DNA from: an uncultured archaeon
GTDB lineage: Archaea; Thermoproteota; Bathyarchaeia; Bathyarchaeales; Bathycorpusculaceae
Reading direction: 5' to 3'
Length of the DNA stretch: 64,000 bases
NCBI GenBank assembly: GCA_963810275.1
Contig: CAWENF010000019.1
Coordinates: 128,001-192,000 of the forward strand
Shown: in pieces, positions 1-10,094 of the stretch
Layout of the letters: every line of letters starts with the position of its first letter
How positions within the stretch are numbered: position 1 is the first letter of the stretch
Notes under the pieces: generated by a model
Databases searched by the model: none
What the model was told of the DNA's origin: nothing
The model's input: the letters and a program-made list of their open reading frames with translations, nothing else
Translations under genes and position numbers: made by a program

Positions 1-1255
1 CATCCATCTCGATTAGTGTAGGAGCTCCCATGAGGCGTCCATGGTCGGGCGCTTCCGGTGCGAACATGTCGTCAGTGAAGGCGTAAACCCGTGAGAATCC
101 AACTTCCTTAATTTTCTCTTCCAAAGGCATAACAACAGTTTCTCTTGAGCGAGTGCGTATGAACGGCGTAGCCACCACCAGTCTGCCTCCGACATGTAAA
201 GCCTGATACGCCTGATCAACAAAATCCAAAAACATCGGCGTAAGCTTCTCGATAATCTTTAGTGCATAGGGTCCAGTCGGCGTCTGCTTCAACGCGGGGC
301 CCAAGTCGGGTTCTGAGACAATGCAGTCCACGCTCTCCAGTCCGACCTTCTCGGCGAGGTGCTTTACGTTGCCCTGCACCACACGGAAATCTGCCCCAAC
401 CAACCCATACTCCAACGCCACCCACTCCAAGTTCTCTTCCGCTGCTTTGACGCACCAGGAGTTGACGTCTAAGCCAACAACGGCTGCGCCTTCAAGCAAA
501 GCTTCTTGGAGGATGGTTCCGACACCGCAAAACGCGTCCAGCAAGGTTTTCTGGTTGGTACAGGTGGACAGGTTCACCATCATCCGTGCCAATCGAGGCG
601 GCATGCCAAATATGGCGCGTTGGTTGGGTTTATAGACGTCGCGTTTTTGAAACTCAAAAGGGTTATGCACGGCAACTGTAATAGCTATCCAGGTTTGGGT
701 TTTGCCTATGCACACCAAGACTTCAGACTGGTTTTTTGCCAAGTCTTTTTTGAGGACTTCTACATGGCTAAGTTGGGCTTCGGAGCGATTGGGATCAGTG
801 CTCATAAATCTGGATTTGATATTTTTGGCTGCCAATTCGGTTTTGATTGCGCTGCCTACGTAGCGTTGGATGCGTCCGCCTAAGACCTTGAGATTGTTGT
901 TTGAGGTGTAGATGCTTACTCCGAAAAAAACTTTATCGGCTGAATTAGTCATGCCCTCTATGGTGGTTTTTCGGGCAACAGTTTGGGCCAGTTGTTTTTG
1001 GGTTGACTTGTTTTTTTCCAAGAAGGCAGTTTTTATGGTTTCCGAGGACAGGATGGTTTTGGTTTCTGCAATCTTTATGGTTCCGCCCAAGTCATCTATT
1101 ACCTTTTGGTTTAGGGGTTTAGGGAAGAATAATACGAAAAACTCTTTTGAAAAGTACTCAATTTGGAAGGCGACACTTCTGGCTTTGAAGTACTGGGTTA
1201 ACTCAGATAGGGACAGCTGCCAGTTCTTGCCTGAAATAAAGATGTAAGTTGGCAT
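1..1255 (-). CDS. THUMP-type tRNA/RNA methyltransferase (Trm11/UPF0020-like), runs off the window start
   Basis: Not in the ORF track because it is truncated. Manual translation from ATG at 1255 gives MPTYIFISGKNWQLSLSEL...RDVYKPNQRAIFGMPPRLARMMVNLS...LLDAFCGVGTILQEA...GLDV...IVSEPDLGP, i.e. SAM-binding motif I plus a PPRLARMMVNL motif. Confidence 0.8.
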   Translation of the reverse strand, partial: MPTYIFISGKNWQLSLSELTQYFKARSVAFQIEYFSKEFFVLFFPKPLNQKVIDDLGGTIKIAETKTILSSETIKTAFLEKNKSTQKQLAQTVARKTTIEGMTNSADKVFFGVSIYTSNNNLKVLGGRIQRYVGSAIKTELAAKNIKSRFMSTDPNRSEAQLSHVEVLKKDLAKNQSEVLVCIGKTQTWIAITVAVHNPFEFQKRDVYKPNQRAIFGMPPRLARMMVNLSTCTNQKTLLDAFCGVGTILQEALLEGAAVVGLDVNSWCVKAAEENLEWVALEYGLVGADFRVVQGNVKHLAEKVGLESVDCIVSEPDLGPALKQTPTGPYALKIIEKLTPMFLDFVDQAYQALHVGGRLVVATPFIRTRSRETVVMPLEEKIKEVGFSRVYAFTDDMFAPEAPDHGRLMGAPTLIEMD

Positions 1256-1286
1256 TTGAGAAAAGAAAGTAAACTAAGTATATAAG

Positions 1287-1302
1287 GTGATGAGCGCATC
1301 AC
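1287..1302. promoter_or_regulatory. Palindrome GTGATG-N4-CATCAC in a divergent promoter region
   Basis: Perfect 6-bp inverted repeat next to a TATA-like AT run between the methyltransferase and rpl10e. Confidence 0.25.
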
Positions 1303-1426
1303 TCCTTTATTTTCGTTCTTAAAGTCAACGATTATAATTAGGTTTTGGCACGGATGCATCTGGGAAGTTTTACAAATCGTTTAAATATTGCAGAGATGGT
1401 GAGTATGCTACCGAAAGTGACGTCGC

Positions 1427-1969
1427 ATGCACGCAAAAAACTTCCGACACGTAAAGAACCGAGCCTACACCCGAAAAGAATATGCTCGCGGTTTTCCTCC
1501 ACCGAAAATCGTCAAATTCAGCATGGGTGATTCTAAATCAGAGTTCCAACTTCAAGGGCAACTTATCGCTACTGAGCGAGTTCAAATACGCCACTGCGCC
1601 CTAGAAGCAGCTCGTGTCGCAGCCAACCGTATCTTAATGGATAAACTTGTCAACGATTATTACATGCAGGTACATCCCTACCCACACATCATTCTACGAG
1701 AAAACAAAATGATCTTTGGCGCTCACGCCGACCGTCTCCAACAAGGCATGAGACGCAGCTTCGGCACAGCAGTCGGCACAGCCGCCAAAGTTGAAGTGGG
1801 GCAACCCATTATAACCGTCAAAGTTAAAGCCGGTCAAGAAACCGTGGCAAAAGAATCCCTAAAACGTGGCAGCGCAAAACTCCCCATAGCCTGCAAAATT
1901 GTAATCACCAAAATTGAGGCTCCTGCAGCTGCTCTCGAGAAAGCTGAAGCGGAGACGGAGACTGCTTGA
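1427..1969 (+). CDS. rpl10e: 50S ribosomal protein L10e (uL16)
   Basis: Motifs QIRHCALEAARVAANR, HPYPHIILRENKM and GAHADRLQQGMRRSFG. Confidence 0.95.
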   Translation: MHAKNFRHVKNRAYTRKEYARGFPPPKIVKFSMGDSKSEFQLQGQLIATERVQIRHCALEAARVAANRILMDKLVNDYYMQVHPYPHIILRENKMIFGAHADRLQQGMRRSFGTAVGTAAKVEVGQPIITVKVKAGQETVAKESLKRGSAKLPIACKIVITKIEAPAAALEKAEAETETA

Positions 1970-4380
1970 GCGGCAAAGACAAAGAGCTTGTCTTGTGGTT
2001 TGATGATTTAAGAAACACTGACGTGTCTATCGTTGGTGGTAAAAACTCCAGTCTCGGCGAAATGATTCATGCTGGGCTTCCCGTTCCATTCGGGTTTGCA
2101 GTAACCGCTTATTCTTATGAACGCTTCATTGTAGATAAGAATATTGCCGGGCAAATATATAAAATCATAAAAGACACAGTCACTAACCTGAATGACCCCA
2201 AGCAATATGATTCAGCCTCAAAAAAAATCCGTGAACTTATCGAAACGACTCCGATGCCACGGGACATAGAAGCTGCCATTCGAAACGCCTACATCGAGCT
2301 TAATAGGCGTCTTGCGCTCAACGATACTTTTGTAGCCGTTCGCTCCAGCGCAACAGCGGAAGACCTTCCTGATGCCTCGTTTGCCGGTCAACAGGAAACC
2401 TACCTAAACGTGAAAGGTCCCGACGAACTAATCGAGAAAGTCGTCAAATGCTGGAGTAGCCTCTTTACTCCAAGAGCCATTTTTTACCGTAACGAGAAAG
2501 GTTTCCCTCACGATAAAGTTTTCATAAGTGTTGGTGTTCAGAAAATGGTTAACAGCCGCGCCGCAGGCGTGATGTTCACCATAAACCCCGTCACCGGCAA
2601 TCACGACGAAATAGTCATAGACGGCAACTTTGGCCTTGGCGAAACTGTTGTGTCGGGTGCTGTGAACCCTGACAACTTTGTGGTTGACAAGGCCACAGGC
2701 TCTGTTAAGGAACGCCGCATCATGCGTAAAACCGTTAAGTACATACGCGATCCAAAAACGGGCAAAACACTGCATATTGACATCCCTGAAGATGAGCAGA
2801 AAGAGGTATGCTTAACAGACACGGAAATCGCTTTTTTGGCAAATTTGGCTAAACGCATCGAGAAGCACTACGCTAAACCCATGGATATCGAGTGGGCAAT
2901 TGACGGCGATTTGTCCTACCCAGAGAACATGATGCTGGTGCAGGCTCGCCCCGAAACAATCTACGGAACCAAAAATGTGGAAGGAGCAGAAATGGAACAA
3001 ACCAAAGCAGAACAAGCCCTAAAAATCGTTGTTAAAGGCATCTCCGCTGGCAGAAGAGGCTACGGCGTGGGTAAAGCCAGAGTCGTCCTGAACTTTGAAG
3101 ATGCAAATCGTGACATGCAAAAAGGCGACATCCTAGTCACTGGTATGACTGACCCTGACTTCGTTTCGTTCATGAAGATGGCATCAGCCATAGTTACCGA
3201 CAAAGGCGGCATCACCAGCCACGCAGCCATCGTCAGCCGCGAACTCAACATCCCATGTGTCGTCGGCACCGAAAACGCCACCCAACTAATGAAGACTGGT
3301 GTAGAATACACCGTCGACTCACGCAACGGCATCATCTACGAAGGCGTCCTAAAAGAAGCTACACAACCAACTGAAAACGGCGTAGCAGTCACAGTAGCAG
3401 AATCTGCCCCAGTCACAGCAACCAAGATTTACATGAACTTAGGCACCCCCGAAATGATTGAAACATACAAGAACCTCCCATTCGAAGGCATCGGCTTAAT
3501 GCGCACGGAATTCATCATGGCCTCTGCAATCGGCCAGCACCCAATGCTCTTCGTAGAAAATGGGGAAAGCCAGAAATTCATAGACATATTCGCAGACAAC
3601 GTCGCAAAAGTAGCACGAGCCATCCAACCTAAACCCGTTGTGGTCCGCTTTAGTGACTTTAAGACCAACGAGTACCGCGGACTCAAAGGCGGTGAAAAAT
3701 ACGAAATTAACGAAGAAAACCCAATGCTTGGCTGGAGAGGATGCAGCCGCTACATCAGCAAATGGTACATCGAAGCATTCAAGCTAGAATGCAAAGCCAT
3801 CAAAAAGTGCCGTGACGAATGGGGACTCAAAAACGTCTACGTCATGCTGCCCATGGTCCGCACACTCTGGGAAGCCAAAGCTGTTCTTGAAATCATGAAG
3901 AGCGAAGGCTTGGAACGAAACAAAGATTTCAAAGTCTGGTTCATGGCAGAAACCCCCAGCATAGCAATCATGGCAGACGAATTCAGCAAACTCGTAGACG
4001 GTTTTAGCGTAGGCTCAAACGATATGACACAGGGAGTACTCATGATTGACCGTGACAGCGAGCGTCTTGGTCAGATGGGCTACTTTGACGAGCGTGACCC
4101 AGCGGTTAAACGCATTATCGCACGTCTAATCAAAGTAGCACACGAAAACGGCTGCACCGTTAGCATCTGCGGCGAAGGCCCAAGTAATTTGCCTGACTTC
4201 GCAGAGTTCCTTGTTAGAGCCGGCATAGACAGCATCTCAGTTAACAACGACGCAGTCGCCGCAACTCGCAGAAACGTAGCTCAAGTCGAGCAGAAAATCG
4301 TCTTGGAACGCTTAGCCGAGCAGGCAGCATTGGCTACGGGCAACCCAATAAAGAAACCCGTTCCCGACTGGGAATGGTAA
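1966..4380 (+). CDS. ppsA: Phosphoenolpyruvate synthase (pyruvate, water dikinase)
   Basis: VGGKNSSLGEM, AVRSSATAEDLPDASFAGQQETYLN, phospho-His motif GGITSHAAIVSRELNIP, EENPMLGWRG, FSVGSNDMTQ, SICGEGPS. Confidence 0.95.
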   Translation: MSGKDKELVLWFDDLRNTDVSIVGGKNSSLGEMIHAGLPVPFGFAVTAYSYERFIVDKNIAGQIYKIIKDTVTNLNDPKQYDSASKKIRELIETTPMPRDIEAAIRNAYIELNRRLALNDTFVAVRSSATAEDLPDASFAGQQETYLNVKGPDELIEKVVKCWSSLFTPRAIFYRNEKGFPHDKVFISVGVQKMVNSRAAGVMFTINPVTGNHDEIVIDGNFGLGETVVSGAVNPDNFVVDKATGSVKERRIMRKTVKYIRDPKTGKTLHIDIPEDEQKEVCLTDTEIAFLANLAKRIEKHYAKPMDIEWAIDGDLSYPENMMLVQARPETIYGTKNVEGAEMEQTKAEQALKIVVKGISAGRRGYGVGKARVVLNFEDANRDMQKGDILVTGMTDPDFVSFMKMASAIVTDKGGITSHAAIVSRELNIPCVVGTENATQLMKTGVEYTVDSRNGIIYEGVLKEATQPTENGVAVTVAESAPVTATKIYMNLGTPEMIETYKNLPFEGIGLMRTEFIMASAIGQHPMLFVENGESQKFIDIFADNVAKVARAIQPKPVVVRFSDFKTNEYRGLKGGEKYEINEENPMLGWRGCSRYISKWYIEAFKLECKAIKKCRDEWGLKNVYVMLPMVRTLWEAKAVLEIMKSEGLERNKDFKVWFMAETPSIAIMADEFSKLVDGFSVGSNDMTQGVLMIDRDSERLGQMGYFDERDPAVKRIIARLIKVAHENGCTVSICGEGPSNLPDFAEFLVRAGIDSISVNNDAVAATRRNVAQVEQKIVLERLAEQAALATGNPIKKPVPDWEW

Positions 4381-4434
4381 ACTCCACCCTTAATTCTTTA
4401 ATTTCTTTTGTCTTCTTCTGTTAGTTGATGGTAT

Positions 4435-5436
4435 ATGCCGATATTTAATTTTGAATTAGAGCATCTTAAAGACGAAATCAGACGGCTCAAAGCGAAACGT
4501 GTGGTTTTGCAGATGCCAGAGGGGCTAAAATCTGAAGCAACCCCCATCGTGCAGGCAGTTGAATCAGAAGGCGCAATCGCAATAATCTCCTCTGACCCAT
4601 GTTATGGGGCATGCGACATCGCATCCGCCGACGCCGAAGCATTATACGCGGATTTGCTTGTACATTTTGGCCACTCGAAAATGGTGGCTGACGGCAAAAT
4701 CCCCGTACTCTACATAGAAGCTCATTCCGACGCCTCAATAGACACAGCCATCCAACAGGCCCTTCCTCTTCTTGACTGCTTCAACAACATTGGGTTAACT
4801 ACTTCAGTCCAGCATATCCACCTGCTTGATAGGGCTAAGCGGCTCCTAACGGTCGCAGGCAAAACTGTTTACATTGGCGACGCCAAACAGCTGGAGCATT
4901 CTGGGCAGGTTATTGGTTGCAACTACAGCAACGCAACCGCAATCGCAGAGCAAGTGGATGCTTTCTTGTTTGTAGGCGGTGGAATGTTCCACGCGTTGGG
5001 CATTGCACTTTGTACTTCGAAGCCAACAGTGGTTACTGACCCCTACGATAACAGAGCTTACTCAATAACAGACCAAGCGCAGAAACTGCTCAAGCAACGC
5101 TTCGCCTCAATTCAGGAGGGGCATTACGCGAAAACCGTTGGTGTGCTCGTCGGGCTTAAGCCTGGACAGTGTCACCTCGAGGATGCCCTCAAAACCAAGA
5201 TGCTGGCAGATAAAACTGGGCGCCAAGCATACCTGCTGGCAGGCAGAGAAATTACTCCTGATGCCCTAATGGAGTTCCCGCAGTTTGACTGCTATGTGAA
5301 CACGGCGTGCCCACGCATCTCGCTGGATGCCCCTGGCAAGTTCAGTAAACCTATTTTGACAGTTAACGAGTTTATGGTTGTCTGCGGTGAAGTCACATGG
5401 ACGGATATGCTCAAAAAAGGCTTATTCGCAAACTAA
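4435..5436 (+). CDS. dph2: Diphthamide biosynthesis enzyme Dph2
   Basis: VLQMPEGLK, PCYGACD, QVIGCNYS and VNTACPRIS, carrying the three Fe-S cysteines. Confidence 0.92.
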   Translation: MPIFNFELEHLKDEIRRLKAKRVVLQMPEGLKSEATPIVQAVESEGAIAIISSDPCYGACDIASADAEALYADLLVHFGHSKMVADGKIPVLYIEAHSDASIDTAIQQALPLLDCFNNIGLTTSVQHIHLLDRAKRLLTVAGKTVYIGDAKQLEHSGQVIGCNYSNATAIAEQVDAFLFVGGGMFHALGIALCTSKPTVVTDPYDNRAYSITDQAQKLLKQRFASIQEGHYAKTVGVLVGLKPGQCHLEDALKTKMLADKTGRQAYLLAGREITPDALMEFPQFDCYVNTACPRISLDAPGKFSKPILTVNEFMVVCGEVTWTDMLKKGLFAN

Positions 5437-6092
5437 ACTTGGAGGTGTTTCTGGGCGGGCTTTATGCTCAGCCGAGTCCCAAGTGGCAGCTTGAGCAGTA
5501 CACCACGCCTGAGGCGATTGCCGCCAACGTGCTTTACCTAGCAGCGTATGGTAATGGCGACATTGAGGGTAAGAGGGTGCTGGATTTGGGCTGCGGCACT
5601 GGGCGGCTTGGGTTAGGTGCTGCTTTTCTTGGAGCATCAGAAGTCGTCGGTGTAGAAGTTGACACTTCAGCCTTAGAAACCGCTAAACAAAACGCAGAGA
5701 AAGCAGCCCTATCAATTCAGCTAATCCACGGTGACTTAGCTACAGTCACGGGCCACTTCGACACGGTTCTGATGAATCCGCCGTTTGGTGTTCAGCACCG
5801 AGAAGCTGACCGCCCCTTCCTCGTAAAAGCCCTCGATATTGCCAATAGCGTGTATTCGTTGCATAACCACCCCGAAGTAGACGAACGTCTCACCCGAATG
5901 CTCAAATCCAGAGGCGGCATGGTGCAAGTCCAGCCCAACAAGTTCCTAGAGCGGTTCATAGCCAAACACTGCGGGCAAGTTCAGGCGGTTTACTCGATGA
6001 TAATGACCATACCTAAGATGTTTGAGTTCCACAAGAAACTAAAATATGACTTCGTTATCGACCTATACGTTATCCGAAAACAGCAGAACTAA
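5397..6092 (+). CDS. METTL5-family N6-adenine RNA methyltransferase
   Basis: LEQYTTP, VLDLGCGTGRL, MNPPFG; overlaps the end of dph2. Confidence 0.88.
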   Translation: MDGYAQKRLIRKLNLEVFLGGLYAQPSPKWQLEQYTTPEAIAANVLYLAAYGNGDIEGKRVLDLGCGTGRLGLGAAFLGASEVVGVEVDTSALETAKQNAEKAALSIQLIHGDLATVTGHFDTVLMNPPFGVQHREADRPFLVKALDIANSVYSLHNHPEVDERLTRMLKSRGGMVQVQPNKFLERFIAKHCGQVQAVYSMIMTIPKMFEFHKKLKYDFVIDLYVIRKQQN

Positions 6093-6098
6093 CAAAAA

Positions 6099-6688
6099 TT
6101 ATGCTCTTAGCATGCCCCGAAATGCTCTTGAGCTGTAAAACGTGGGTGCGCTGTTGTGGTATACAAATACGCGGTTGTAGGCGTCGGTCGGCGAAGATGG
6201 CGCCTCCGAGTTTTCTGATGTTTTGTGGGGTTTTTTATCCAGCTTGAGGTTTTGGTATCGAATTCGCATAGTCTCTGCAGTTGGCGGTATTACTCATCAT
6301 CTAACAGTTCGATGCCCTTGCGACTGCCATATCCACTGCGTTGCCTGCAGGGTGCACCCAATGCTTTTCCCGTTTCGCCTGTTCCCTCTCCGTCGTAGCA
6401 GACGTTTCGGCGGCCTTTTGGCGTCTCTGGTGAGCAGTCAACAAAAACAAATTCTCCTGCCGCCTTGTCGTAACCTGTGGCGCCTGGTTGGCCACCTGTT
6501 TTCTCGATCTCGATAAGAAACCACAATTTCCCGCTGTTGGATTCAAGTTTCACCTGAACCTTAGTCCATTCCAGACCCGCATGGCCGCTCATGTCACTTT
6601 CAAAACGGTCCTTCAAGATGCTCAGCAATCTTTGACATTCATCTTGCGAAAAACCACTTTTTGGAGCCGAAAAAAATGAATTATGCAT
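6099..6688 (-). pseudogene. DUF4256-family protein, frameshifted
   Basis: Fragments HAGLEWTKVQVKLE...EKTGGQP...FVDCSPETPKGRRNVCYD, GNAVDMA, GIELL and RVFVYHNSAPTFYSSRAFRGMLRA* lie in different frames. Confidence 0.7.
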
Positions 6689-7011
6689 AATTATATGTTT
6701 TTTTTGAGACTTATTAGATCTAATACAGGACGGCGTTTGCTTAGGTCTAACTTATAGGTTTCAATAATTGCTTGCAGAACCAGCCCCAACCAGACACAGC
6801 CCAAAAAAAAGGGCCTACAAAAACAGGTTGCGCTGCCAAACTCTAGACGAAGTAGTGCACAAAAAAGTGATCATCACTACTTATTGTAAAAAAGAACCAA
6901 ACCCGAGTAAAATTGTTTATACATCAAAAGGTTTATTGCGGGGAATGGAAACTAAACCTATACGCTATTAATATTAAGCTTATAAAATTACATAAGGTCA
7001 GTTGAAATAGA

Positions 7012-7599
7012 ATGGCTTTGAAAGCTCCTGAACAAAAAAGTGGACAACTCGTTATGCCTGGTGAACGCCTTGGTGTCATCGAAGAATTCATCCCCGACTC
7101 GGGAACCTACGTCAAAGACGGAGTCATATACAGCAAAATAATCGGACGAAGCTTAATTGATTTGCAAAACCGCAAAGTCCAAGTTTACCCCGTCTCCGAA
7201 GGCGCAGTTTATCCTAAAGTCGGAACAGTAGTCATCGGACAAATCGGCAACGCCCAATCAGACAATGTCCTAGTCAAAATCTTCAAAATCGGCAAAAAAG
7301 ACCTCTCTGGCACCTTCGGCGGCATACTTCACGTATCTGACGTATCGGACCGCTACATTGATCAAATGAGCGACGTCTGCAAACCAGGCGACATCGTCCG
7401 AGCAAAAGTAATCTCTGCAAAAAACCAGATTTTCCACTTATCAACAAACGACAAAAACCTTGGCATAATTGACGCTTTCTGCAGCCGAGACGCTACACTG
7501 CTAGAACAGCAGCCCGAACGCTATGACCTACGATGCCCCAAATGTGGTAACATTGAACAACGAAAAATCGCCCCAGACTACGGCAAAGAACCATTATAA
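7012..7599 (+). CDS. csl4: Exosome RNA-binding subunit Csl4
   Basis: VMPGERLGVIEEFIPDSGTY, S1 domain KPGDIVRAKVIS, C-terminal zinc ribbon CPKCGNIEQRKIA. Confidence 0.92.
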   Translation: MALKAPEQKSGQLVMPGERLGVIEEFIPDSGTYVKDGVIYSKIIGRSLIDLQNRKVQVYPVSEGAVYPKVGTVVIGQIGNAQSDNVLVKIFKIGKKDLSGTFGGILHVSDVSDRYIDQMSDVCKPGDIVRAKVISAKNQIFHLSTNDKNLGIIDAFCSRDATLLEQQPERYDLRCPKCGNIEQRKIAPDYGKEPL

Positions 7600-7613
7600 A
7601 TGAGAGATCAGAA

Positions 7614-7886
7614 ATGAAAGTTAAAGTCCTGAAAAAAGCTGAAAACGAGCTTAAAATCGAAATTGAAGGCAGTAGTCATGGACTCTGCAATCTAATCCAA
7701 AAAAAGCTTCTAGAGGACAAACGCGTTGACTTTGCAGGCTACGACGTGCCACACCCCTTAGCTTTAAGTCCTATCATATACGTACGAATGAAAGGCAAAG
7801 CAAAACCCGAAGACGCTCTCATAGATGCTGTGGAGAAGATTAAAAAGTCCAACGAAGCCTTCGGTAAAGAAATAGACAGCATCTAA
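7614..7886 (+). CDS. rpoL: DNA-directed RNA polymerase subunit L (Rpo11)
   Basis: IEIEGSSHGLCNLI and FAGYDVPHPL; follows csl4. Confidence 0.92.
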   Translation: MKVKVLKKAENELKIEIEGSSHGLCNLIQKKLLEDKRVDFAGYDVPHPLALSPIIYVRMKGKAKPEDALIDAVEKIKKSNEAFGKEIDSI

Positions 7887-7976
7887 AACCCTGACTTTTC
7901 TTTATTGCTTAACTTCTTTAGCCCCAAATGCATTCTATTTTTTAGGGTTAATTGCTTGAATGGTGCGAAGCATGTT

Positions 7977-8540
7977 TTGCGCGTGGTTAAAAACGAAATC
8001 CGTGTGCTAGGCGTGGATGACGGCAAATTTACTCCCAAAACTAGAGGCCGTGTTTTGGTTGTAGGCGTAGTTTTCAGAGGTGGCATTTCGATTGAGGCAG
8101 TTATGCACACCCACATAGCCATCGACGGATTAAACGCGACTGACAAACTAGCTAAAATGATTTTGAGCTCGCCGCACCACCATCAACTGCGTTTGGTAAT
8201 GCTTAGCGGGTTGACTTTTGGCGGCTTCAACATAGTGGATATCCAGCACCTGTATGCTGCGACTGGCCTGCCCGTTATGGTGGTGACTTCTGATAAACCC
8301 GATTTGGAAGCTATCCGTCTGGCGCTGGCGCATTTGCCAAACAGTGCGGAGCGGTGGCGAGTTGTGCAAGCTGCAGGCGAAATCTTTGAAGTAGCAAATC
8401 TCAGCAGCAAAGTTTACGTGGAGTTAGCGGGGCTTAGCTTAGAGGAAGCTAAAGTCGTACTGGCGGCGACTTCTACACGAAGCAGTATGCCTGAACCAAT
8501 ACGTGTCGCACATCTGGTGGCTTCAGGTGTAACGTCTTGA
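7977..8540 (+). CDS. DUF99 / endonuclease V-like protein
   Basis: IRVLGVDDG, IDGLNATD, SGLTFGGFNIVDI, PEPIRVAHLVASG; likely TTG start at 7977. Confidence 0.85.
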   Translation: MRVVKNEIRVLGVDDGKFTPKTRGRVLVVGVVFRGGISIEAVMHTHIAIDGLNATDKLAKMILSSPHHHQLRLVMLSGLTFGGFNIVDIQHLYAATGLPVMVVTSDKPDLEAIRLALAHLPNSAERWRVVQAAGEIFEVANLSSKVYVELAGLSLEEAKVVLAATSTRSSMPEPIRVAHLVASGVTS

Positions 8541-8611
8541 ACCATTGTGAAATAGAAAAAGTATAAAAGTTCCAATGCTAAGAAACCCCACAATTGGGAT
8601 GTGTAAAGTCT

Positions 8612-8965
8612 ATGGAATTTTGCCCGAAATGTGGTTCTCGCCTTGAGCCAAAAAAATATAAAAGCGGCAAAGAAGCGACCCTAGTGTTGGCGTGCCCCAA
8701 ATGCGGCTATAAAAAACCTGAAGAGGGGACAGTGGAGTCTAAGGTTGCGCCGAAAATAATACAGCACAACCCTCAACAGTTTGTAGCTGTAATTGGCAAA
8801 GAAGAGCAGAAACTCAGCACATTGCCGACGGTGCGTATAGAGTGTCCAAAGTGCGGAAACAACACAGCATACGTTTGGCAAGTGCAAACAAGAGGGGCAG
8901 ACGAATCTTCCACACAGTTTCTTCGCTGCACCAAATGCAACTACACCTACAGGGAATACAGCTAA
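8612..8965 (+). CDS. tfs: Transcription factor S (TFIIS-like)
   Basis: MEFCPKCG...CPKCG N-terminal zinc ribbon and CPKCG...QTRGADESSTQFLRCTKC with the acidic DE dyad intact. Confidence 0.92.
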   Translation: MEFCPKCGSRLEPKKYKSGKEATLVLACPKCGYKKPEEGTVESKVAPKIIQHNPQQFVAVIGKEEQKLSTLPTVRIECPKCGNNTAYVWQVQTRGADESSTQFLRCTKCNYTYREYS

Positions 8966-9041
8966 ACTCCCTCTTTATTCTTATTTGATTTTGTCAAAGC
9001 GTTTTTTGCGCATCGTTTTTTAAACCCAAAATTCTCATGTT

Positions 9042-10094
9042 ATGGTGTGTTTTAGTTTGAAAAACCGCGAAGCGCCAAGACTTTCTCAATTAACCGTGGC
9101 ATATTTGCTCAAGTTGTTGCCTATAGCTGCGGTTGGGGTTCCTATGGTATTGCTTTTCTTGCTCAACCCCACAGAGCCTTACAATATTTCCGTGCAGAAG
9201 TCCTTTGAGCTCATGTGGAAAGGAAGAACTTTTATGGTTTTTTTCATCTGGCTGATACTGCTCGAGTTCATCTTGGGTTGGGAAAAATTCCAAATTAACC
9301 TCCAAAACAAGACCCGGCTATCAGCCTACCTCCTCACGCTCCTCCTACCTACATTATATGTCGCTGCTGAATATTACCTGGGCTTAAACTCCGCCATAGT
9401 AGACTTTTCCCAGAACAACGCAGTCGCATGGGCGGATTCCATGCCGCTTGCCATCGAGTACCTTGTCTTCTCCTTGTTCTTTCTCTTAATTGCCTACCTG
9501 GGTTTTGGCAAAAAAGGTTTAACAGGCTTGGCGCTTCCCACACTGTTTGTCGCCTTGGTTGGGTTGTTGTACACAATCGATAACCTGTTCCCCTATGGAC
9601 AATTTACCCCGTTTGCGCTGCTAGTGCCTACCACAGCTTCACTGGCTGGTGCCCTTTTGGGATGGATGGGAAACACCGTGGTTCCCGGAACAGACGTAGT
9701 CACAGGGATGCCGACGCTTGCGGTTTCGGGCCCAGCCGGTTCAGCGACGTTTGCGATTGCTTGGCCCTGCGCCGGTATCGAGAGCCTGCTGATTTTCACA
9801 GCGGTCGCATTGCTGTTCCTTAAGCCGATGTTGGTTTCTTGGAAGGCGAAACTGGGCTTCTTTGCTGTCGGTGCCGCAATAACTTACTTCATAAACGTGG
9901 TGCGCATATCGATGATTTTCACTTTGGGCATGCAGTACGGCACCAACTCGGTTGAGGTGTCGGATTTTCACTTTTACTACGGACCCCTCTATGCCATGAC
10001 GTGGATAGTAACTTATCCCATAATCCTGCTTGCAGCAGTGGCGTTTTGGCACCACTTTAAGCGAAGTCAACCAAAACCGCTAAACCCTGCTTAA
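9042..10094 (+). CDS. Archaeosortase/exosortase-family membrane transpeptidase (thaumarchaeosortase-like)
   Basis: Multi-pass membrane protein with a Cys-Arg-His triad: AWPCAGIES, INVVRI, DFHFYYG; N-terminal WKGR segment. Confidence 0.8.
   Translation: MVCFSLKNREAPRLSQLTVAYLLKLLPIAAVGVPMVLLFLLNPTEPYNISVQKSFELMWKGRTFMVFFIWLILLEFILGWEKFQINLQNKTRLSAYLLTLLLPTLYVAAEYYLGLNSAIVDFSQNNAVAWADSMPLAIEYLVFSLFFLLIAYLGFGKKGLTGLALPTLFVALVGLLYTIDNLFPYGQFTPFALLVPTTASLAGALLGWMGNTVVPGTDVVTGMPTLAVSGPAGSATFAIAWPCAGIESLLIFTAVALLFLKPMLVSWKAKLGFFAVGAAITYFINVVRISMIFTLGMQYGTNSVEVSDFHFYYGPLYAMTWIVTYPIILLAAVAFWHHFKRSQPKPLNPA

Noticed and set aside
13-1247. Several short ORFs listed in the first 1.2 kb
   Set aside because: They are shadows of the long minus-strand methyltransferase frame that runs off the window.
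6850-6882. Inverted repeat AAGTAGTG...CACTACTT upstream of csl4, as a possible MITE end
   Set aside because: Single short copy with no target-site duplication and no transposase nearby.
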